Shown here: positions 45,597 through 52,626 of the stretch, piece by piece
Position numbering within the stretch: the stretch's first letter is position 1
How the letters are laid out: the number at the start of each line of letters is the position of its first letter
Source of the DNA: an uncultured Gammaproteobacteria bacterium
GTDB lineage: Bacteria > Patescibacteriota > Patescibacteriia > Patescibacteriales > UBA12465
Direction: 5' to 3'
Assembly: GCA_964616855.1 (NCBI GenBank)
Contig: CAZTUJ010000006.1
Coordinates: 1-52,626 of the forward strand
Length of the DNA stretch: 52,626 nucleotides
Translations under genes and position numbers: made by a program
The notes under the pieces: model-generated
The model's database searches: none
The model's input: the letters and a program-made list of their open reading frames with translations, nothing else
Told to the model about the DNA's origin: nothing

Positions 45597-46052
45597 ATGA
45601 ACACTCTTAAAAAGATATTATTCAGTGTTCTCGTCTCTTGCTTATTAGCTATTCCAACTCTATCGGCTCAGGCCACCACCAGCAGCAGCACGCTTAATAA
45701 CACTATTACTGGGCCTGCCGATATTATGCTGGCTAATAGTGGTTTAAGTAGCTTCTCTTTAGGCTCAGTTATCGCTTTTGTTATCCAGGCTGCTCTTAGT
45801 CTTCTCGGCATCATCTTCTTAGTTATTATCGTCTTCGCTGGCTACCGCTGGATGACTGCTGCTGGCAATGAAGAGGCTATTAAAAAATCACAGGAAGCCA
45901 TCAAACGGGCGATTATCGGTCTCATTATTGTCCTTATGGCCTACGCCATCACTTATTTCGTCTTTAAACAACTACCTTTTACTGGTGGTACAGGCGGGAG
46001 CAATAATAACCAGGGCGGAGGAGCGCTGCCGCCGGTAGGAAATGAGCTTTAA
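45597..46052 (+). CDS. TrbC/VirB2-like pilin 6
   Basis: AGYRWMTAAGNEEAIKKS...IIGLIIVLMAYAI; Gly/Asn tail. Confidence 0.85.
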   Translation: MNTLKKILFSVLVSCLLAIPTLSAQATTSSSTLNNTITGPADIMLANSGLSSFSLGSVIAFVIQAALSLLGIIFLVIIVFAGYRWMTAAGNEEAIKKSQEAIKRAIIGLIIVLMAYAITYFVFKQLPFTGGTGGSNNNQGGGALPPVGNEL

Positions 46053-46067
46053 TAAAAAAATATATAG

Positions 46068-46104
46068 AAAAAGGGACCGGTCATAATTAGATCGGTCCCT
46101 TTTT
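46068..46104. terminator. Bidirectional terminator
   Basis: AAAAAGGGACCGGTC/GATCGGTCCCTTTTT. Confidence 0.8.
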
Positions 46105-46125
46105 AAAAGAGCTGCTTGTTGTGTG

Positions 46126-46986
46126 CTATTGGCGAGGTTTGTAAACATCCGTACTCTGCCAAGAACACCAATGGAGGGTTTCGCCGTAATAATCTACGGT
46201 TTCAACGCCAACTTTAAAGGTGTATGAACCTTTAGGGATACTTCCCCAAGCATATACCTGGCAGGTATATTCGCCTGGTAATAAATACCAACTGGCACTA
46301 CCTTGTGGTCCCACAACGAAAGATTTTGTTTCTGTTCCTTTAATGATAAAGGTATACTCGGTGCTTCTTGATTTATTAAACACCTTTCCAAAATATCCAT
46401 TAACGGGGTTGGCAATAATAGGTGCCGCCTGAAGTTTGTCGAGAGCCATTTGTTTGGCCTCAATTTGGATTTCCTGTCTTTCCACCACATTTGAGTTGGT
46501 GCGTAGTCTAGTCTCTTTGTTGGTTAACTCCTGAGGGAGCGTTTGAATGATTGCCTCGGAAATGGAGACATCCATGATAGCGTTGCGATCAGCTTCCAGT
46601 TTTTGGATTCTTTTGCTGAGAGCATCGCGCTTAGGTGTTAGACCAGCTACAAGCTGATTTTGGCTACTAGCCTCTACTTTCATGTCGGCTAACCTTCTTT
46701 GGACGCTAGTCCTTTGTTTATTCCAAGCATCCATTGTTGGTAAAGAGGCATTGCCCTGTGCTATCAGGGAGTCCAAACGGACGCGCTCATTGTGCCACAT
46801 AGTGGAATCCGGAATAATAGACTCACGAGCAATTTGCCCGTTTAAGGAAGCAAGCTGTCCCCGTAGCTGCGAGATTTCTCTTTCGATTTTCTGGGCAGCC
46901 TTTAGCTGTTGTTTCGTTTGGGCGTTAGCGCCGATTGTTACTGCCATAAAAATGGCGAAAATTACGAAAAAAATCTGTGTTTTCAT
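46126..46986 (-). CDS. Secreted coiled-coil protein with C-terminal beta-sandwich
   Basis: Signal peptide (ANA-Q), long coiled coil, LLPGEYT motif; promoter TTGACA-17-TATACT at 47095-47067. Confidence 0.65.
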   Translation of the reverse strand: MKTQIFFVIFAIFMAVTIGANAQTKQQLKAAQKIEREISQLRGQLASLNGQIARESIIPDSTMWHNERVRLDSLIAQGNASLPTMDAWNKQRTSVQRRLADMKVEASSQNQLVAGLTPKRDALSKRIQKLEADRNAIMDVSISEAIIQTLPQELTNKETRLRTNSNVVERQEIQIEAKQMALDKLQAAPIIANPVNGYFGKVFNKSRSTEYTFIIKGTETKSFVVGPQGSASWYLLPGEYTCQVYAWGSIPKGSYTFKVGVETVDYYGETLHWCSWQSTDVYKPRQ

Positions 46987-47117
46987 GGTTTTTATGTTTA
47001 GATTGTGAATGTACTTATTTGCCTATTCTTCGCTAAGATTTTTATAAGCTTAGTTTAGAACTCTCTAGTATAGCATTTTTTTATATATATGTCAATAACT
47101 TATCCCCAGCTTATCCC

Positions 47118-47146
47118 TTGACGAGAAAAGCCAGACATGATATAAA
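47118..47146 (+). promoter_or_regulatory. Sigma70-type promoter
   Basis: TTGACG-17 nt-TATAAA with TG extension. Confidence 0.65.
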
Positions 47147-47225
47147 GGTAGGTCGCAAAAATCCCTGCTTGTCATTCCATTAATACTGTAGGGATTTTTT
47201 GTTTGAGCAAATAAACCACGCTAAT

Positions 47226-47852
47226 ATGAAAAAAATCAAAATCAGCGAGGACCTTGTGCCTCTTAGTAGTCGGCAGCGTATGGTCTTAAGTTTGATCATC
47301 GCTTGCATCTTTCAATTTGTCTTTTTTTTCACTCCCGTCCTCGCCGCCGAAGCAGTCGCTCAGGATCAAGGTGCTATTAAAATGGGGCCTACTAGCAAAA
47401 GTCAGGCCGATCCTGTGGTAGCTGTCTTAATCGAGCAGGCTCAAGCCAAGACAGAGACTAGCGCTTTAAAAGCAAGCTCCACTCTGGCAACTGTGGCCGA
47501 AGAAACACCTGCAAGCGAGACCACTCCGCAAGTAAAGGTGGTGCGTACCAGCACCCATACCATGACAGCCTATAATTCTGATCCCGCCCAAACCGATAGC
47601 ACTCCCTGTATTACTGCCAATGGTTTTGATGTCTGTGCTCATGGTGAAGAAGATACTATTGCTGCCAACTTCCTTAAATTCGGCACTAAAGTCAGAATTC
47701 CGGAACTATACGGCGACCGCATTTTCGTGGTTCGCGACCGGATGAACAAACGCTACAGTGACCGTGTTGATATCTGGATGAAAGAAAAAACTGATGCCCG
47801 TAAATTCGGTGTCAAAGTGGCCAAGATTGAAGTCGTTGAGGTAATTGAATAA
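47226..47852 (+). CDS. 3D-domain (MltA-like) cell-wall protein
   Basis: TAYNS...QTD...TANG, IAAN, FGTKV, VRDRM, VDIWM. Confidence 0.85.
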   Translation: MKKIKISEDLVPLSSRQRMVLSLIIACIFQFVFFFTPVLAAEAVAQDQGAIKMGPTSKSQADPVVAVLIEQAQAKTETSALKASSTLATVAEETPASETTPQVKVVRTSTHTMTAYNSDPAQTDSTPCITANGFDVCAHGEEDTIAANFLKFGTKVRIPELYGDRIFVVRDRMNKRYSDRVDIWMKEKTDARKFGVKVAKIEVVEVIE

Positions 47853-47871
47853 GATAATTTTCAAAGAATAT

Positions 47872-47908
47872 AAAAACACCCGCCCTGATTTCTCAGGACG
47901 GGTGTTTT
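47872..47908. terminator. Bidirectional terminator
   Basis: AAAACACCCGCCCTGA/TCAGGACGGGTGTTTT. Confidence 0.75.
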
Positions 47909-47925
47909 GTTTTCTAAAAAGTAAT

Positions 47926-50334
47926 TTAGAAGAGGAAGGACAGAAAACCACGGCGACGCAATGATTTCTCTTTTTTCTTAAGATTAATCGTAGTTGGAAT
48001 AACGGTATCGGGGATTAAAGAAATACTATCAATCCCTTGAGCCATTAAGAATTCAGCAAATTCCGGGAAATCGCTGGGGCCTTGGCCGCAAATGCCAACC
48101 TTGCGCTTGCGCTTCTTAGCGATGGCTATTAAATTTTTAATCATTATCTTTACCGCCTCATTTTTTTCATTGGAAACACCTTCAATTTTCAAGCTCCCGC
48201 CAGCATCACGATCAATTCCTAAAACTAGCTGAGTTAAATCATTGGAGCCGATAGAAAAACCGTCGAAAATATCACAGAATTTATCCGCTAAAATAATATT
48301 AGCTGGAATTTCGGCCATCACATAAATCTGGAGGCCGTTAACACCCCGCTTGAGGCCGTTTTTAGCCATGATTTCTTGAACTTTTTTACCTTCTTCGACA
48401 GTGCGGCAGAAGGGTACCATAATTTTAAGGTTGCTTAAACCATAGTCATCACGCACACGCTTCATTGCTTTGCACTCCAAATTAAAAGCCGGCACAAATT
48501 GCTTAGCATAATAGCGACTGGCTCCGCGCCAGCCAATCATGGGGTTAGATTCAACTGGTTCAAACTCGCGACCACCAATTAAATTAGCATATTCATTGGT
48601 CTTAAAATCGGATAAACGGACAATCACATCCTTAGGATGAAAAGCGGCGGCAATAATGGCAATCCCTTGGGCTAAGCGGTCCACAAAATACTGCGCCTTA
48701 TCATCATAACCGACCGTTAATTCTTCAATTTTTTTCTTAGCTTCCTTGTCCTGCAAGTTCGGGTAATTAATTAAAGCTAAGGGATGAATCTTAATGTAAT
48801 TATTAATGATAAATTCCAAACGAGCCAAGCCAACGCCATCATTAGGAATGAATGATTGAGCAAAAGCCATCTCTGGCTCACCCACATTCATCATGATTTT
48901 AGTCTTAGGGCGTTTTAAGTCTTTAATATCAGTACTGAGAACCTTAAAAGGAATTTTACCTTCATAAACAAAGCCTTCTTCACCTTCCGCACAACTAACG
49001 GTCACGCTAGGGCCGGTCTTTAAAACCGAAGAGCCAATATTAGTGCCAACTAAGCAAGGAATACCGAGCTCACGGGAAACAATGGCGGCATGACAAGTAC
49101 GTCCGCCCTTATCAGTCACGATAGCGGAGGCAATTTTCATAATCGGCTCCCAATCCGGATCAGTCATATCGGTTACTAACACTTCACCCGGTTTAAAGCT
49201 GTGGATTTCTTTAAGTTCCATAATCCGCCGCACCTTGCCGCTACCAATCTTATTACCAACACTCTGCCCTTTGACTAAAACTTTACCTCGCTTCTGCAAA
49301 CGATATTCTTCAATCACATTAAGATTGCGGACACTCTGAACAGTTTCTGGGCGGGCTTGGATAATATAAAGCTGCTGGTTACGGCCATCTAGAGCCCATT
49401 CAATATCCATCGCCCGGCCATAGTGCTCTTCAATTGCCATCCCCCATTTTGCCAACTGTTTGACTTGAGCATCAGTAATTGAGGCTTTATGTCTCTCGGT
49501 ATTAGATACCGGAATATTCTTCACTGGTGACTTGCCGCCCTTATTATAAATCATCTTTTCCGCTTTCTTGCCAATAGAACGAGAAATGATAGCTAAGGTT
49601 GGCTTGAAGACATAGAATTCGTCCGGATTAACCCGTCCTTGAACGATGTTCTCGCCTAAACCATAGATAGAATTGATTAAAACTGTGTTGCGGAAACCTG
49701 ATTCTGTATCAATGGTAAACATTACACCAGAAGAACCGAGATCAGAGCGAACCATTTTTTGAACACCCACAGATAAAGCAATGGAAAAATGATCAAAACC
49801 TTTATCTTCGCGATAAGAGATAGCGCGATCAGTAAATAAGGAAGCAATACATTTCTTCACGGCTAATAATAATTCTTTTTCACCAACAATATTTAAAAAA
49901 GTTTCTTGCTGACCTGCAAAAGAAGCATCCGGCAAGTCTTCAGCCGTGGCACTAGAACGAACAGCAACATCTAAAGCCTTACTATTATTCTCGGCCGACA
50001 AACGTTTATAGGCCGTCGCGATTTCTTTCTTTAAATCAGTCGGTAACTGAACCGCTAAAATTTCCGCTCTGACTTTTTTGCCATGAGCCATTAAGTTGCG
50101 AGTATCACTAGTATCTAAGTCTTTGAGAATTTCCTTAATTCTCTTCTTAAGGCCAGTGCTTTCTAAGAAATAATTGTAAGCTTCGGCCGTGGTCGCGAAA
50201 CCATTAGGAACTTTAATTCCTTGGTCCTTGAGCTTGCGGTACATTTCGCCCAAAGAGGCGTTTTTTCCTCCAACTGAAGGCACGTCTTTAATGGCGAGCT
50301 CTTCAAAAAAACGAACAAAAACGGGCTTAGTCAT
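47926..50334 (-). CDS. ppsA: Phosphoenolpyruvate synthase
   Basis: GGKNASLGEM, AVRSSATAEDLPDASFAGQQET, GGRTCHAAIVSRE, FSIGSNDLTQ. Confidence 0.97.
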   Translation of the reverse strand: MTKPVFVRFFEELAIKDVPSVGGKNASLGEMYRKLKDQGIKVPNGFATTAEAYNYFLESTGLKKRIKEILKDLDTSDTRNLMAHGKKVRAEILAVQLPTDLKKEIATAYKRLSAENNSKALDVAVRSSATAEDLPDASFAGQQETFLNIVGEKELLLAVKKCIASLFTDRAISYREDKGFDHFSIALSVGVQKMVRSDLGSSGVMFTIDTESGFRNTVLINSIYGLGENIVQGRVNPDEFYVFKPTLAIISRSIGKKAEKMIYNKGGKSPVKNIPVSNTERHKASITDAQVKQLAKWGMAIEEHYGRAMDIEWALDGRNQQLYIIQARPETVQSVRNLNVIEEYRLQKRGKVLVKGQSVGNKIGSGKVRRIMELKEIHSFKPGEVLVTDMTDPDWEPIMKIASAIVTDKGGRTCHAAIVSRELGIPCLVGTNIGSSVLKTGPSVTVSCAEGEEGFVYEGKIPFKVLSTDIKDLKRPKTKIMMNVGEPEMAFAQSFIPNDGVGLARLEFIINNYIKIHPLALINYPNLQDKEAKKKIEELTVGYDDKAQYFVDRLAQGIAIIAAAFHPKDVIVRLSDFKTNEYANLIGGREFEPVESNPMIGWRGASRYYAKQFVPAFNLECKAMKRVRDDYGLSNLKIMVPFCRTVEEGKKVQEIMAKNGLKRGVNGLQIYVMAEIPANIILADKFCDIFDGFSIGSNDLTQLVLGIDRDAGGSLKIEGVSNEKNEAVKIMIKNLIAIAKKRKRKVGICGQGPSDFPEFAEFLMAQGIDSISLIPDTVIPTTINLKKKEKSLRRRGFLSFLF

Positions 50335-50437
50335 AAATAGAATTTTATTTTAAATTTTTTATTGAATCTTATTTTTATTATAGCACATTCTTTACTTTAT
50401 CATAATAATGCCATAATATAATAAAGAATGCTTTATT

Positions 50438-50519
50438 GCGGGCGTGGCGGAATTGGTAGACGCACTTGGTTTAGGACCAAGCGGGGAAACTCTTGAGAGT
50501 TCGAGTCTCTCCGCCCGCA
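50438..50519 (+). tRNA. tRNA-Leu(TAG)
   Basis: GCGGGCG/CGCCCGC acceptor, CTTGG-TTTAGGA-CCAAG, GTTCGAGTC. Confidence 0.95.
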
Positions 50520-50536
50520 CTTTCATTTTTTCAGGC

Positions 50537-51337
50537 ATGATTAACTTTTTACATTCTTTTTTGCCTCAAGCAGTGCTTTTCTCAATGGGTCCGCTCACTA
50601 TTTATTGGTACGGTCTCTTTTTGGTATTAGCTATGACCGCCAGTATTATCGTGGCGCAAAGCTTAGCGAAATGGCACCAAATCAAAACTGAAAAAATAAT
50701 TGACTTATCGCTATGGTTAATAATTGCCGGGATACTTGGTGCTAGGGTTTACGAGATTTTTTTAGAGCTACCTTATTATTACCAACACCCCTTAAATATC
50801 TTAAAAATCTGGGAAGGCGGCCTTGCCATCCACGGCGGGATTATTGCCGGAGCCATTACTCTTTACCTCTTTTCTCGACGCCACCACCTTTCTTCCTTAA
50901 AACTGGCCGCAATCATTGTCCCGGCCTTAGCTCTTGGACAGGCCATTGGTCGCTGGGGAAACTGGTTTAATCAAGAATTATTCGGCCGACCCACTAATTT
51001 ACCCTGGGGTATACCGATAGCGATAGAGAACCGGCCCTGGCTATATCTATTTAACGATTTTTTCCACCCCACCTTCCTTTACGAAAGCTTTGGCTGCTTT
51101 TTAATCTTTATTACTCTCGTCTATTTAAGTTACCGCTGGCGGGCAAACTTAAACACACGTCGAAATATCATCATCATTAATATCTATCTCCTGGCTTACG
51201 GCAGCCTACGTCTGGCTTTAGAGTTTATTAAAGTAGATGTTACCCCGATGTTAGGAATTTGGCGCTGGCCTCAAATTATTAGTGCTCTAATTATTATTTT
51301 TAGCATTACTTGGTTAATAAAAACCTTTAAAAAATAA
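50537..51337 (+). CDS. lgt: Prolipoprotein diacylglyceryl transferase
   Basis: WYG, IWEGGLAIHGG, QAIGRWGNWFNQELFG, HPTFLYES; true start ATG 50537. Confidence 0.95.
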   Translation: MINFLHSFLPQAVLFSMGPLTIYWYGLFLVLAMTASIIVAQSLAKWHQIKTEKIIDLSLWLIIAGILGARVYEIFLELPYYYQHPLNILKIWEGGLAIHGGIIAGAITLYLFSRRHHLSSLKLAAIIVPALALGQAIGRWGNWFNQELFGRPTNLPWGIPIAIENRPWLYLFNDFFHPTFLYESFGCFLIFITLVYLSYRWRANLNTRRNIIIINIYLLAYGSLRLALEFIKVDVTPMLGIWRWPQIISALIIIFSITWLIKTFKK

Positions 51338-51342
51338 GCTCT

Positions 51343-52524
51343 ATGTTTTTCGGTCTCTATAAACGTGTAAACAAAAAACAGAATCTCCTTATCCTTTATT
51401 TTTTAGGAACAATTCTAGCAATTGCTAACGCCCTACCCACCTACATCCAATCTAATTTTCTTGGTAATTTTCTTTCCTTATCTTGGGTAAGCATCTTTTT
51501 TGCGGCTGCCAATTTTATTACTGTTTTTGCCATTATTTTTTTCCCTAAGCTAATAAGAAAAATAGGCAATATCGCCGCCACCGAAATTGTGCTCTTTCTT
51601 TTCATCTTTTCTTTACTGGGAATGAGTATTGCTAACCAACCGGCCACGGTTTTTTTAGCCTTCATCCTACTGAGCGTGGCCAGTAATCTGATTTGGATTA
51701 ACATGGATATTTTGGTAGAGAGCTTCTCTGATAATGCCTCCACCGGCTTAACTAGAAGCATCTATTTCACTGCCATTAATCTAGGTTGGATTGTGGCTCC
51801 GACAATGTCGAGCTACTTAATACAAAAAGGAGACTACTATTGGGTTTTTATTGCCGCCGCCATTTGTTTAGTGCCTTTCTTGGTAATTTTAATAAAAAGC
51901 CGTTGTCAGCTAGATAATAAAAAACATTATCCCGATAAAGCTATCCCTGACACTGCTAAAAAAATCTGGAAAAATCCTAATTTACGTGGCATTTTTATGA
52001 TTGCCCTATTGTTAAATTTATTTTTCAGCAGTGCGGTTATTTACATCCCCGTTTATCTCCATCAATATCTTGGCTTTGACTGGTCAGTTCTAGGTTTAAT
52101 GTTTTCCGTCATGCTTATCCCCTTTGTTCTCTTTGAAATTCCCGCTGGCTGGCTGGCTGATAAATATTGGGGTGAAAAAGAAATTCTAAGCGTTGGTATT
52201 GGTATTATTGCTCTCGCTCTCTTCCTATTTTTTGCTATAAAAACACCGAACCCCTGGATTTGGGGTGGCCTTCTGTTCTTAAGCCGCGTCGGGGCCGCCT
52301 TAGTAGAAGCCATGCGTGAATCCTATTTCTTCAAAATTGTCAGTGCTAAAGATGTTCACTATATTAATTTCTTCCGCGCCACCGCCCCCCTAGGCTATCT
52401 ACTAGGTACGACCTTGGCCGGAGTAATTATTCTTTTTTACCCCATCGAATATCTCTTTTTGTTTGTCTCTATTATCATGACCACCGGTTTCCTCTTTATT
52501 TATTCAATTAAAGACAGTCGCTAA
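51343..52524 (+). CDS. MFS transporter
   Basis: About 12 TM; PAGWLADKYWGEK motif A. Confidence 0.85.
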   Translation: MFFGLYKRVNKKQNLLILYFLGTILAIANALPTYIQSNFLGNFLSLSWVSIFFAAANFITVFAIIFFPKLIRKIGNIAATEIVLFLFIFSLLGMSIANQPATVFLAFILLSVASNLIWINMDILVESFSDNASTGLTRSIYFTAINLGWIVAPTMSSYLIQKGDYYWVFIAAAICLVPFLVILIKSRCQLDNKKHYPDKAIPDTAKKIWKNPNLRGIFMIALLLNLFFSSAVIYIPVYLHQYLGFDWSVLGLMFSVMLIPFVLFEIPAGWLADKYWGEKEILSVGIGIIALALFLFFAIKTPNPWIWGGLLFLSRVGAALVEAMRESYFFKIVSAKDVHYINFFRATAPLGYLLGTTLAGVIILFYPIEYLFLFVSIIMTTGFLFIYSIKDSR

Positions 52525-52529
52525 GGGGT

Positions 52530-52558
52530 TTGACGTCTCCGAAAAAATCTCTTATTAT
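52530..52558 (+). promoter_or_regulatory. tRNA promoter
   Basis: TTGACG-17 nt-TATTAT. Confidence 0.6.
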
Positions 52559-52573
52559 AAGTCCAGGATTAAG

Positions 52574-52626
52574 GCGGGTATCGTATAGTGGTTATTATGT
52601 CAGCCTTCCAAGCTGAAGATGGCGGT
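52574..52626 (+). tRNA. tRNA-Gly(TCC), 3' end truncated by the window
   Basis: GCGGGTA 5' end, anticodon arm TCAGC-CTTCCAA-GCTGA. Confidence 0.9.

Noticed and set aside
43444-46052. Type IV pilins
   Set aside because: No class III signal peptide (G|FTLxE); the hydrophobic hairpin is C-terminal.
47100-47119. DnaA boxes/oriC (TTATCCCCA, TTATCCCTT; also TTATCCACA at 41832)
   Set aside because: Only isolated or mismatched boxes, with no cluster and no dnaA/dnaN context.
50444-50536. N-terminal extension of lgt
   Set aside because: It is a translation of tRNA-Leu(TAG); the real start is 50537.
1-52626. CRISPR array, IS element, integrase, reverse transcriptase/DGR, prophage, rRNA
   Set aside because: No regularly spaced repeats with unique spacers and no ORF with the relevant catalytic motifs was seen.

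Overview
AT-rich bacterial chromosomal window (standard code; TGA is used as a stop). Gene content and style point to a Patescibacteria/CPR genome, probably Parcubacteria (inference): TrbC/VirB2-like pilin repeats, GRxLLQVExxGEAWY surface repeats, archaeal-type cytidylate kinase, orphan solute-binding lipoprotein, mostly Shine-Dalgarno-less starts. It holds 6 tRNA genes (Asp and Gly are cut by the window edges; Ser, Val, Leu x2). About 26 kb of co-oriented accessory and housekeeping genes follows tRNA-Asp/tRNA-Ser, then a core block (dksA-like, lspA, tsaE, rplS, cmk, smc, ppsA, lgt). No CRISPR array, transposase, integrase or rRNA was seen. Strongest leads: (1) a six-gene tandem array of TrbC/VirB2-like pilins with variable N-termini, a structured-RNA spacer after the first gene, two divergently transcribed GT-C-like genes and a seventh pilin nearby; (2) an SMC with no recognisable hinge or zinc hook and mirror-image ~90-aa duplications in both coiled-coil arms; (3) single-gene cassettes behind tRNAs, bounded by tRNA-3'-end remnants and a repeated terminator-promoter module; (4) a frameshifted six-cysteine membrane microprotein gene missed by the ORF track. 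All family assignments come from motif reading, not database searches.
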